62,637 bases of DNA, filler included, from Polymyxa betae A26-41 (GCA_003693705.1; 4 parts of 4 records of this genome joined end to end with filler, not necessarily neighbours in it); one strand, 5' to 3'; shown: positions 24,860 through 36,749, counted from the whole stretch's first letter. Translations and numbers: made by a program. Notes: a model not told the origin generated them from the sequence alone.

Positions 24860-26800
24860 TGCCCGTGTTGATTGTGATTTCGAGTCTTTCACGCGATACA
24901 TTGCTCAGAATCTCCTCGGTGTACTTTGTCTGATGAATGAAAACTTCGTCACTGTTTGGGACTCTGTCGATTTCGATTCCAATGCAGGTAGATTCGACAT
25001 ATTGAGTTTGGGATTTAGGTTCCGTTTCAGCTCAAGAACTAGGTCAGGGTGTCCAATGATATCTTGTCATCAACATAAACGACAACGATGACCAATCGTT
25101 TTTCGGATATCCTTTTGAACTACAGGACATGTCGTTTAATTGACAGACGTGAGGCCTTCTTCATTCTCCAAAGACTCGTCAATTGCTTTAAGCCATTCAT
25201 GGGGTGCTTATTTTAGGCCATAAAACGACCGCAGCAACTTTAGGAAAGTTTTTCGAAACTTGCTTCCTTGCGGAGTTTTCCAATAGTTATCTTTAGTCAT
25301 GTGTGCGTTAAGGAACGCAGTGATTACATCCGTGTGCTCGGTAATAATCTCAGAGTCTCTTATTGACAACGCCATCATCAATCTCAGGATGTCGGCTTTT
25401 AAATCGGGCGCGTACGCTTGATGGCAATCAAGACTTGGTACTTGCCCGAATCCCTGTACATCGAATCGAGCCTTGTATCAAAGGATGTTCCGTCATCATT
25501 ACTTTTCAGTGCCCAGCTTAGCATTTTTCTCTTCAAACATTTCGACAGTCTTCGATACCTTAATCTTGAACAGCCATCGGCATCGGTGGCCTTTCAGTTT
25601 TTTGGAATCATGATTACCTTTTTCCAGCTCATGTGCTCTAGAAGCGATTCGAGTTCCGAATCAATATCTCGTAACCACAGAGCGGAATCAGCAAACAGCT
25701 CTTGGTTTGAGCTTTCGCTGTGCGATCTCGGTATCTTCGCCAGAACTGGAGCTGCGAATATGCTGTTTATCCAGTTACTGCTGATTTGTGATTATTAAAT
25801 ATGGCAGTCTTTCGTCGAGGTCGTCGCGGGCTTATGGTCGGGTCGCTTGAATCTTCGTAGCATCGCCCACTCCCTCATGTCGTGCAGTTCGCTCGCTTTG
25901 GTTTCGTCATAGCTGCTGTCTCTAGGGCGCAGACCGGGTACGGGTTGTACCCGGAAAAACCGGGTCGGGTCGGGTACCGGATAGAGGGGGTGGTAACCGA
26001 CCCGACTACCCGTCGGGTAATTTGAGAGGCACGGACTTTGTTTCTGCGCGTTGTTAATTACTTCGATTTACGATGTGAGGATCCTGCAGTTGATCCGTTA
26101 GATTACTGGAAAAAGACATTTTGTCGATTCCGGGCATTTCAGTGGCTGTCGAGCGAATATTCAATTGCGGCCGTGACGTGATTGGGCTTCGGCGACATTC
26201 TTTGAAACCAGAAAGCTTCTCTTCTTTGATGTTTGGTAAGTACTGTCTGAAAAAATAAAGTCCCATCATCTTTTTTCTGTTTGCCACCTTTTTTGGATTT
26301 TATATGACGGGTACCGGATAGAGGCAGGTACACGACCCGTTAGTACCCGGTCGGAGCCATACTTGTCTCTGAAGTCTCCTTGAGGCGAATAAAAACAGGG
26401 CCATGAGATCTATATTCCACATAGTTCGGGATCGCAAACGCATAAGATGCTGTTCTATCGCCAAACGACTCTTCGTTGAAAATCACGCATCGATTGACGT
26501 GAGATGGTCCAGTAGCTGGGTTCTATTAAAGGATTTCGTTTTGATGGTCGCCAAATCCGATAAACACGAATCTGTTAGCCCTTTTATCTGTCTTGGTTCG
26601 CTTAACGAGTGGTATTTGGCCGCAGCCAAATACTCGTTGGTATAAGCTGTCCAGTTTCCGTACCGTATATGGTTTCATGCGGGGTGATGTTGGGAATCGT
26701 GGGATGAGGACAGACGTTATACAGCTGGCCCCCTATAGTCTTTTGATTGCCGAGCACGGTGGATCATTGATCGGCACAATCGAAAAGAGTGCGGTGACCT
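24860..26800 (-). mobile_element. Decayed Copia pol (integrase C-terminus and RT) interrupted by a hAT derivative
   Basis: The minus strand gives NITPHETIYG..RVFGC..DKRANRFVFIG, then CRWLFKIK, QGFGQVP, DVITAFLN, LLRSFYGLK*APHEW, VYVDD and GIEIDR..IHQTKY, in Copia INT-RT order. Confidence 0.88.
25923..26361 (+). mobile_element. Internally deleted hAT element (439 bp) keeping only the C-terminal dimerisation coding segment
   Basis: TIRs TAGGGCGCAGACCGGGTAC and TATGGCTCCGACCGGGTAC. The 8-bp flanks GCTGTCTC and CTTGTCTC match 6 of 8. CGGGT subterminal repeats. Peptides DPLDYWKK and LSIPGISVAVERIFNCGRDVIGLRRHSLKPES. Confidence 0.92.
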
Positions 26801-26999
26801 CGTTAAGAGTTTCCATTGTGCTTTGCAGAATACATCTTTGACAAACATCCGTTTCCAGATTCTTCAAGGAAGCGTGTAAATTCATTAAAGACGAACTATT
26901 TTGATTGTTCGCTGCAATCTGTTCCCAAGTCGAAGTATAAGTTTCTAGAATCGTTGAAGAGTTCGCTCTTTTTTTGATGAAGATTGGTGAGCTTCATCA

Positions 27000-28180
27000 G
27001 ACTATGTCGATTGGACCTCCATTCAGGGAAGGGACCGGGGCTGGTCCGCACTCGCCAATGTCGATTCTGTCCAGGATCATCCAATCTTTTACTTTAGCTT
27101 GACACAGAAACGGCGCGCGCTTGGCAACCGATTGCACATGATTCGAAAAAGTATTCAGCTCTGGGTCCTGCCTCAAGTTGCATGGAATCGACAGATTTCG
27201 ATTCACCATTTTCTTGACTTCCCGCTTATTTCCGTGGCATAATCGGAAAGCCAAAGTTTTTCGATCTGAGTTGCATTGTAACTTGTGATATAGCCCTCAG
27301 ATGCGTTATCTCCGTCGAATGTGGAGGCGATTTCTCGGCAGTTTCGGTGGCATGTTTCGTACTGCATATCACTTTATCGGGATCTTTGAACGTAACGATT
27401 CTATTGTCCCTGTCGATGTCGGGGTTATTAGATTTAAGCCATGAAATTCCCATTATCAACAGAATATGATATCTGATGATGTCGAGCGTTATCCACTCCT
27501 GAAGGCCGTCACTGGATATTAGCGTTGAACAGTTTCAAATATGACTGGCTCCAGGGATTGTCCGTCGATAACTTGGACCTCTAATGGTGATCGTTTTCTA
27601 ACAAGACCAATGCCATGTTCTCTCAATTTTTTTGCATCAGCAAAGTTTGTCGAACCGCAGCAGTCGAACAATCCAGGTATGATTTGGTTGGTTGATGTAC
27701 AATTGGCAAAATCTATACTAAGAAATCGCAAGCCGTTGAAGTGCATGGGATCGCAGCTGTTTTGATTGTTGGTATCATGCTGAAGGTGACGGATTTACGA
27801 GTGTTAATCATCGACGGTTTACACGCCCGGGGGCGTTTCCAAGGAAACGCTTGGAAAGCAGCGTACACGATGTTACTATATGACCGGGGTTGCCACAATA
27901 CAGATTAAGATTTTTTGTTCCATTCTGCGGACTCGTTCTTCAGTCGTCCGTAATCCCCTAGGGCCAGGAGATTACGAACGAATGGTAGCAATGATCATTG
28001 GGGTGGGGCCTTTGTTGCTGTATGAATTGTGATTCATAATTGATCCAAATTGGATGCCAGGTGAGGGAATCCTGCATGCCGGTGGAAGGTCATCGATCCT
28101 ATTTGAGTATTCGATTAGAAGTTGAACTGTCGCTGGTTCCGGCATAGACAGTAAGAGGTCCTTAATGCCATAGCTGTTGA
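27000..28180 (-). mobile_element. Decayed Ty3/Gypsy gag-protease fragment
   Basis: LLIEYSNRID...PTPM, a zinc-knuckle remnant YCGNPGH...C, protease GLFDCCGSTNFAD (cf. LIDSGATxNFID) and IMGISWLKSNNPDID. Confidence 0.85.
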
Positions 28181-30768
28181 AATTCAATCCGGCACCCATC
28201 CAGTCGGGCCCCATAATAGCAATCACCAAGAGACCATTAGGTCCCATAATGCCTTCTAGATAGAATTCGGTAATATAAGCAACCAAATTAAGCAATAATA
28301 AATACACGCTTATCACTGATATTCTATTCTGTCATTGAAGTAGATTTCCAGTAATTACGAGATCGTCGAGCGTGATCAGGCACGACAGGAGCAGCATGAT
28401 AAGTTTATGTCTATGATGTTGGAGAAGCTGTTTGGAGACAAAAACTGATGAATAGGGGTATCAAGGTTGCGCCCTCCGACGCTTTAAACGCTTGTTTTAA
28501 ATGCAAGTTTAAAGAGCTATAAAAGCCAAACTAAAGTACGCCAATAAAGCAGAATCTCAGCGCGAGGGAATCGACGCTTTCTAACTTCAAGTTGGTGACT
28601 ATCTTTCTTCAATATGAGTTTATGACACGAGAATCGATTCGTGGTCAGCAATGCCTGCAGCTCTCTTGATGCAGCATGCTTTTAATCGGGCTAAGAATCG
28701 TGGCGACCCCACCACACCGGAAAGCAATAAGGCTGCCTTGTCCTGCTGTTCATAGAAATAAACTTCGTTGGAGACGCAATTTTCTGCGTTGTCGCCAAGG
28801 TCTGCCATTTCCCCTGCGTTTTCACAATCTGCGCCATAGTACTGCGTGCATGCTGTTCAAAATCAAATTCAATATCTTTATCATCTTGTCTTTTTATGCG
28901 ATTCTTGTTCTGCGATAAAATGATTTTATATCACCCTTGAAAGTGGAATCAGGGAGATGTTGTGCCCACTGAGACTGGCTGTATCTATAACAAAGCAATA
29001 TGTACCATCTTCGCGGCTGACTGCTTTACTGCCCGACGTCCTCATGCCACCTCAGACCATTGGTCGTCGCCGTCCTGTTCGCCAACATCATTTGCATCCT
29101 GATTGCATGGTCCCCGTCTTGTTTGGCTGATGGTCGACGTGATCCGGCTGTTCGCTGCTGGCGTATCGTTAGTTGATAACGTGTTTTTGTCGCTCTTTTT
29201 GTGTTCAATTCCTTTGGTGGTTTAAAAGCTATGTCAGTAGCTAATGTTTTATTGTGATATGGTGTTGATCGTGACATCGCTGCTGTCGTCCCGCACCTGG
29301 TGCCGACGTCTCTGTCCTGCTGGTTTTGTTGCCTTTGCGGTCCTGTTCCGGCTCTCGACGTTGCCATCCTGTTCCATCGATTTTTCAGCCGTCGCCTTCC
29401 TCCAAACCCGCTGCATACACGAGAGAAAGCACAAGCTTTGTAAGATCAATATTATCTTTCGATTTCATATTACATTTTTCATTCTTACTGTAATATTTTA
29501 TTAAACTGTTATTCTGCCTTAATTAATAGAATGATTGCTTGCTGCTCGGTCTTTTCTCTACTTCAGTTATTCTACTGTCAAGGACGTCGCCGGTGAACAG
29601 CTCTAGTGGAGGCTGTCTAGGCTGAGCCGTGCCGCGCCATCACGTCGTCTCTGCTACTGCTGTGCTGTCATGACGACGCCGTTGCTACGTATACGACAGA
29701 TCGGGTAATGGAAGCGGCGCCGCTGTAGTCATCGTTTCCATCGCCGCCCGTGCTGCTGCTGAAAGCTGCACCGTCCTGCTCGCACAGACATCGCTGTCTT
29801 CTCGATTCTGCACCCGCAGCTCCATCCTGATCGTGAATTCAGTGCCGTCTCCAATTATCGAAGCGCAGGTGACCAGATCAAGAGCACCTCGCCGTCTCTA
29901 AGATTGTACAGACTTCGTCCTCTTCCAAATCGCGAAGCTGCGTTCGTAAATTCGGAGCCACTTGTTGATCATGGAACAATGGTCTGAGGAGTCTTGCTCT
30001 AGGTTCAACGACAGCGTTCCAACATGTGTTTGACGACCGCCTCTATGCCCAGAGTCAGTCCTGCTGTTGGCAAATTCACCCTAAAGTTGTAAGTTTCCAT
30101 TCCGAGATTAATCTTCGTCTTGAATTTCTTCTGCATATCGAGATTTTCTCTTGTTTTACATTATTGATTTTTAATAATTTTATTAATCTTGAATTTCCGT
30201 GCTGCAGCGGCCGCTGCTGCTGATTCTGCTGCTGATGGATGCAGGAGGGGCGGAGCTTCTATTAACGAAGGTCGGTAGGGACGGAGCTGATGCTGATCTA
30301 GATCGGGTCGGCTATGCTGCTGCTGACCAAGGTCCGCCTGATGCTCATCAAAGTCACGCTGGCGACACTGTTGCTGATCGAGATTGAGGCGGCGTCGCTT
30401 TAGGTGCAGTTGCTGGCAGAGGCGGCCGGCCTGGACATGGTGCCCCTTCTTGTTGGCCGCCTCAGATCGGCCTATTAATATTGCTGCTTATGGCCGGCCG
30501 GCCAGACATGGGCTTGATGCTAATCATAGCCGTCCAGTTTGAGGTGGCCATGCTGCTTAAGGTTTGTGAATGGTACGTATAAGAGGCTGGTTCAAGTAGA
30601 AAAATTGCGCCAAAGAAAAACGCGAATAAAGGAAATCTGACTGCATGTAGCGGGTAGAGAAATTACGGTGCCGCAATTTGTGAAGGCCGCGCTGAAGGCT
30701 GCGCACGCTGGCCAAAGGCTGCGCCGACATGTCCATTAATTGCAGTTCTAGACCTGACTACAGCTGCT

Positions 30769-30868
30769 NNNNNNNNNNNNNNNNNNNNNNNNNNNNNNNN
30801 NNNNNNNNNNNNTTAATTAATTAANNNNNNNNNNNNNNNNNNNNNNNNNNNNNNNNNNNNNNNNNNNN
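30769..30868. other. Artificial contig spacer
   Basis: N44-TTAATTAATTAA-N44. Confidence 0.98.
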
Positions 30869-31415
30869 CTGGTCGCACGCGAACCAACTCGATCGCACGA
30901 CAAGTTGAGTGTTTGGTGGAGAGGACCTTACCGCGTTGTGGGGTTTATCTCTGATAAAATCTACATGGTTGAGGATTTGATCGATGGGACTCGGCTGGAA
31001 GTCCATGTTACACGTCTTAAGTTGTATTCTGACAGTTCTTTGGATGTCAGTTCTGTTCTCGTTGAAGCGATACTTCATCAGAAAGGAGCATATGAAATCG
31101 ATCGTATTGTCGATGTTCGTTGGAATGAGTTTGAATCTCGTTTCGAGATTCATGTCGAATGGCGAGGATTCGACAAGGAAGAGTCTACGTGGGAACCGCT
31201 ATCTGTTATCTACGCGGACGCACCTCAAGTTGTTCTTGCGTTCTTCTCTGAACGTAAAGATGCTGTTAGCCGCAAGGCATTTGCCTCTCTTCACGCGGAA
31301 GGGGGAATGTAGAGTTTTTATGAAATCTCTTTCTTATTTTTTGCTGTTACTATCTTTATTTTTTCTTGGGTCGACCAACAGTACCGTACTAAATAAAATG
31401 ACTTCTGCTTTTACA
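30869..31415 (+). mobile_element. Chromovirus-type Gypsy 3' end: integrase GPY/F, chromodomain, PPT and short 3' LTR (31308-31415)
   Basis: WRGPYRV...HVTRLKLY; YEIDRIVD...VEWRGFDKEESTWEP; PPT GGAAGGGGGAA followed by TGTAG...TTACA containing AATAAA. Confidence 0.92.
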
Positions 31416-31482
31416 TATCTAGCTAGTGTGAGCCCATTATCCACCGTGGGAGAGATCATGGGAACCGGCCCGAGGACTCGCT

Positions 31483-31769
31483 GACAATTCTCCTGCCCTG
31501 CGTCAAGCCATCACCAACTTCCATGCTCGATACCCACACAAACCCGGGCCTCTACTGAGAGCGAATTCTAAAGGAGGGGGTAATGTTACGTAGTGCAAAG
31601 TTCACGGACTTATTGATCCAACATAAACACGTTTTCCACGGCCAGATCGCCAGATCTGTTTCGTGAGTGTACCAATCACGTCCCTAGTCTCTTGTCTTCT
31701 CGTCGTCAGCTCCTGCTAACCCTGTTCCCCTGATTCCATTGCTATAGCTACCTGTTTCTGTCTTTAACA
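31483..31769 (+). mobile_element. Second chromovirus 3' tail with PPT and LTR (31583-31769)
   Basis: AITNFHARYPHKPGP chromodomain tail, PPT AAAGGAGGGGG, then TGTTA...TAACA. Confidence 0.75.
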
Positions 31770-31859
31770 GTTATGGCTATCCAAGCCGACAACGCCGGAA
31801 TCATGAAGTCAATGCCGTACTTGGGCAAATTCGTACAAAGAGGCCTGTTCTTGACAAGA

Positions 31860-32010
31860 TCATCAGCAATGGCGATCCGCTATGGAATGAGAATATCAAT
31901 CCTTGATCCGTAACCAAACTTGAACTTTGTGCAAACTTCCCGCTGGAAGAAAACCAAAGTGGGTTTATAAAGCCAAACTCGATGATGTTGGAAATTTCGA
32001 ACGTACCTTA
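31860..32010 (+). mobile_element. Copia RT N-terminal fragment
   Basis: WRSAME*EYQSLIRNQT*TLCKLPAGRKPKWVYKAK. Confidence 0.8.
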
Positions 32011-32332
32011 TACAGCTTGACAGGTGGCCCATGGGTTCAGCCAATGTCTTGGCGTTGGTTGACTGTGACGCAGTGGTGGCGGAACCCGCTTCTCGCGCAG
32101 ATTCGCGCTCCGACTCGATCATCTCCAACTCGTCTTCAGACAGATCGTCTCCTTTGCTGTAGGCATCTTACATCGTCCGTCGTTGTCTGTCATCAACCCC
32201 TCCTTTTCGTCTCCTTTGCGTGTTGGCATCATATCGCGGCCGTCCTCGTCGGTACTTGTCCTTTGTTATCCTCTATGCTAACCCGTCCATTAGTATATCG
32301 TCGCCTGCCATGGCTGCACCCTGGTTACCGGC

Positions 32333-32435
32333 TCTGTAGAAACTGCGCCTGGACTTCACAGCAACTAACTGACCAAAAAGTACAATAACAGCTCCACAGC
32401 TGTTAGTCCAGGGCCTACTTAAGCAGTACTCCACA
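32333..32435. mobile_element. 103-bp solo-LTR-like insertion, copy 1, TSD CGGC
   Basis: TCTGTAGAAAC...TACTCCACA, 2 mismatches to copy 2. CGGC at 32329-32332 and 32436-32439. Confidence 0.88.
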
Positions 32436-32461
32436 CGGCCGAAGACGATGAGCTCCGCCGT

Positions 32462-33262
32462 CTAGCGGCCAAGTGGCATCGTAAGTGGCCGAAGGTAGTG
32501 TTCGACTTGCAGGCCGCCTTTCCTGAAAGAAGGGAATACAACCGAAATTGTGCGCGACTGAGATTCGGTTATCTTCAAGAAAAGGATGTTGAAGTGGTTA
32601 CCCTTCAGAATTCGAACGAAGGTACTATTTTTAACTAGCTTTTCTAATCCTAACATTTTAAAAATCTCATTATTTTACCCAAGTTTCTTTCTTAGTATTA
32701 TATTTATCAAACTTATAATTTTCAGTAGCAGATGCGGATGCGGTCTCTACTCATCCTAAACGCCACAAACCCGCAGTTAAACCTCAACTTTGTCTTATTG
32801 TAAAGATATTTGACTATAAAACTTTAGCGAGTTTGAAGAACTGGTCAACGCTCATAATGGGTAAGTCGAATCTAAACCTAACTTCATTCTGGGCGAGGAC
32901 AACGCAACATCTGAAAAAGTAAAAGCAATCCTGTCTCAGCTGTCGACCGAGACATTGCCTAAAGACAATAGCATGAAAGTTATCGTGGCGTCTATAACTG
33001 GAAGCCCAACCAGTAAGCAACAATGGATTGACCTCTAAGAGGACCTTGAACCTGAGGCGACTGACCCTCAGCTGGTCCTTGATCCTGAACTCTTTATACC
33101 GCTTGATGATGGCAAAGAAGTACCGTTCTCTTTCAATTTCGACGATGGCAACTGTGTCATTGGCGAACTTTTCGACGAATATGTTCTGCGTCAATCCCCA
33201 CTAGCGTTCCTATTCACATCAATTGAGTACACAGCCATTATTTGTCTCCCATTGATACTCCC
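32462..33262 (-). mobile_element. Decayed Harbinger transposase N-terminal part with candidate terminus
   Basis: The minus strand begins GGGAGTATCAA (cf. 14801). Fragments ERERYF, LRVSRLRFKVLL and ISVVFPSF..GLQV..LRPLTMP resemble the Harbinger N-terminus and first catalytic region. Confidence 0.55.
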
Positions 33263-33369
33263 TAAACCCTATGCAGAGATGAGGTCATTCTGTCAGATGA
33301 TTACGGACAGAAATTCCGGTGTCATCCAATGTTAGTTCTTGAATTCTTGTTTTGACCCGAGCTGACAAT

Positions 33370-34260
33370 TCTTTGCAGTAATCGGTTTCTTACCCTGATC
33401 GACAATGCAGGGTCGTGTCCTCTTCCCGATGCAGACCTGGAGCTCCTGACGGCTAAGTTTCTAACCGAAGGTGTCGTCGTTTTACGGGGTCTGATATCCG
33501 CCGAGGCTGTTGACAATCTTCACAACGTTCTCAGACAAAGTGCCGATATGCGTATAAGGTAACTTGACTATCGTTTTTTTATTCCTGTTGACATTTGGAG
33601 AGCAGGGAACGTGCAGTTCCAGTACAAGCAGCTCTCTAATCTGTCAGAGGATTCTGTAGAAACTGCGCCTGGACTTCACAGCAACTAACTGACCAAAAGG
33701 TACAATAGCAGCTCCACAGCTGTTAGTCCAGGGCCTACTTAAGCAGTACTCCACAGGATGTGGTTTCTTGTGTGTACGAGTGCTACAAAAACTTCCTTCA
33801 GCCGATAGTCGAATCGGCTTTTCCGGGGTTTCAATTCACTCTAGAGGATACTGTAGACGATATGTATAAGCCGATCTCCTCGCCTGCTCAAGCGAGTTTC
33901 ACATTTAATCATAGTCATTTCAAGTTTGCATTGACTGAAATTGATTCATCGCTCAGTTACCTCGTGCCGACTCTCTTTTCCGGGAGCATGTAGGCGTTCT
34001 CATCACTCTGAATTCCGGCTTCCCTTCCACCATGTTCCTCCCGGCCCCAGTGAAAAAAAGCTTCCACAAGAGGCCGCTCTCATTCTACAGCTGCTGGGAT
34101 TGCCTTGCACACAAAATGTGCACAGTTTTAACCTGCATTCGAAAATGTTTACGATAAAAGCGAAGAGATGCGGTTGATTTTGCTTGTCTCTGCACAGCCT
34201 CTTGGATAACGAACCAGAAAATCCAATCCATTCCCACAGGGTTGTCGGACCCATCTTTGA
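33370..34260 (+). pseudogene. Multi-exon hypothetical gene interrupted by the 103-bp element, weak PhyH-like dioxygenase resemblance
   Basis: KFLTEGVVVLRGLISAEAVDNLHNVL, then GTAAC...CAG intron, then NVQFQYKQLSNLSED|VVSCVYECY, which is continuous once the insertion and one TSD are removed. Confidence 0.45.
33653..33755. mobile_element. 103-bp solo-LTR-like insertion, copy 2, TSD GGAT
   Basis: Near identical to 32333-32435. GGAT at 33649-33652 and 33756-33759. Confidence 0.88.
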
Positions 34261-34331
34261 TTTTCAAGAAAAGAGGGGATATGGAGCTTTAAGAACTTGT
34301 AGCGCTGAGTCAAATGGAACATTTTTACTTA

Positions 34332-36527
34332 TTAAATCCTCTGGTGAGCATTTACTGCATATAGAGCAGGACACTGTCCAGTATGTCCAGGACAGAAATT
34401 CTGTTTGAATTGATAATGATCTATATAATCCCCGAATATATGAGAGAGATAATTGACATCATTATTACAATGATGTTCAAGACAGTATAATATTGGATTT
34501 ACANNATAATCCCCGAATATATGAGAGAGATAATTGACATCATTATTACAATGATGTTCAAGACAGTATAATATTGGATGAAGAGAATCTTCGCGATATT
34601 CACTCAGATCAGGTGATGATCTCAGTTTCCGCTCCTTCATGTGATTATTCATTAGCTGAAGACACTTCAACGTGAGCTTCTGTGATATATTCAGAAAATA
34701 CCAAATAAACTTGAACACAGTAATACCGTCTCAAATCCTTTCATAGACCATCTCAGTAGACAATGACCACGGCGTTTTCTATCACAAACTAATTGCGATT
34801 TGATGTTGTATCTCTCATTGTCACTGACAATGAGAGTCTCAAATCCGCACTGTTTACTCTTGCAACTGTATCTAGAACAAAGCTCCCGAAAACGACTATG
34901 CGCAAACGGGTTTCCCCATCGAGATTGAAAAATCCGAAGATCGTTCTTACAGCAGATTCGAAGACATGAAAGTACTGCGCAACATATTCGCTGTACCCAA
35001 TCACGACAGCCTTCACGTTCCAAAATAAATTTCGGGTCGGTAAACTTGGCCCGAAATAGTCGTAGACATAAACTGGCCACCAATATCAACTTCTGTAACG
35101 TGGTCTTTGAAGTTGAGATTTCCGAGGTTTCGGTCAATATGATGTGATCATCGAGAACTTTGATAATAATGGGGTTTCTTGCACGTTTTGTTTTGCCTGT
35201 TGGTCTGATCAAAATATATGTATCAGTAAGAAACGCGTACTCGTCATCATCAGGCCGCATTTTCTGAATGAGAGTTTCAGTGTGAGATTTTCAATCCAAT
35301 ATGAATAAATCTGACCAGAAGAGCACACAGAGTAGTGTAGTCTGTGATGCTCTCGACATCAAAATCAAATAATTTCAGAAATTCCGACAGAGAGGTAAAA
35401 ACAGGCAGATTGAGTCGCTTTGGTGGTAAGCAAAATTTCATCCGTTTAAAGCGCGGGTTGTCGACAGGAGGGCCGATAGAGATGGAAGAACCATCTCGGA
35501 ACAGATTCATCAACTGATCAGCAGCTGACAGTTTCGATCGGCATTCATCTCCGGAACATTCTTTTTGGAGTGTCCGATGATTGAAGGGGTTCCCCCAGAG
35601 GGTCTGAAATCTCCGGAGACCTTTCTGACAGCATCCCATGACACATCGGAGTACAGGACGAAACACATTATACATCCAATTCCGCATTTTCCAATCAGCC
35701 TTCCTCCAAGACCATTCATATTCTCGGGAGGTCCAGACCAATTTCCGATACAAATTCGCAATCAGAATCAGTTTTTGTAATGTGCTCGAAACAAAACGGA
35801 TTCGTTTGATTTCGCTCACATCCAGATCATGTCCTTTCACATTGATAACTAATTGACAGTTGAGCTTGGAGTATTGAACAGTATCATCGGACTCTGAAGA
35901 CAGAGAATGAAGTTCTTCGTCATTCGGCTCTTTGATCGAATCTACAGTCAATATACAGCCGTACAGAAAAGGCATCTCAAAAATCCACCAGAAACTTGCA
36001 GAGACTGTGATAGTCATTGATATCAATCACATCATGATTGAAGGAATACAGAAGGTCGGTTGTCGATGATGTCTCGTCAGTACGAGGACGTTTCCGGGAG
36101 ATAATTTCAGCTGGTTCATTATTCTGATAATGAAAAGATCAGATACTTTTAAGACATGAGAAAACGTTACATTGATAGATTCCTGAATGGGAGCCAAAGC
36201 TGGAACATTATCTGTAGGATGTATTAAAGATGTTGGTGTTGATAACATTTCAATATCAGGTAAAGAAGATGTAACTTCATTCGGACATAGAAATCCTACT
36301 CCTGTGTCTGTGAGTTCGGGAGAATAGACATTGACATTAAGATCGGGAAGATAGACAGTAACATGATCGTTTTCCAGAGAGTGCGTAACATTACTCGACT
36401 CTAGATTGAATGCCGCGAAGCACTCAGATTGTATCAGGAAGGGAATCGCTGGACCTACCATTTCCAGGCAAAAAACACTCTGATCGTCAGATTTCGGCGT
36501 CATGAAACGTTTGCGTGATGTTCGCAT
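34332..36527 (-). CDS. Chain of abutting ORFs encoding a repeated Cys-rich domain of unknown family (one broken or spliced gene, or tandem paralogues)
   Basis: 36027-36527 and 35277-36026 are in the same frame, separated by one TGA. TLQKLIL...VLxC..CC..L..FQ..WGNPFxH...C...CxSK occurs in both 35277-36026 and 34691-35260. Confidence 0.6.
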
Positions 36528-36749
36528 AGAACAATTCTGCGCGCAGTTTTTCCTGATTCATATCCTGGATTAATTTGAAGAGGTTGGATTGGATTGTTTT
36601 TTGACAAAAGTAATCGATTATTATTCAGTATGATGTGGCGGTGGTTTCTCCTAATCACATGGCTTGAAGGACACATATGCCGGAGCTCCTTCTACTCAGC
36701 TGCGGAGCAGAATTTATTTAATCCGTTTTGTACAGAATGATAACATTAA

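Noticed and set aside
28900-30768. Short Arg/Ala/Leu-rich ORFs and GC-rich patches
   Set aside because: I could not support any motif, terminus or consistent exon structure.
28454-33262. Pairing GGGGTATCAA (about 28454) with its near reverse complement (about 33252-33262) as one Harbinger element
   Set aside because: An artificial contig join lies between them, so they cannot be assumed to be ends of the same copy.
32333-33755. A TRIM or mini LTR element with two 103-bp LTRs and captured interior
   Set aside because: Each copy has its own TSD and the outer flanks (CGGC vs GGAT) do not match.
34425-34579. Perfect tandem duplication of about 74 bp in an ORF
   Set aside because: The copies flank an NN gap at 34504-34505, typical of unmerged contig overlap.
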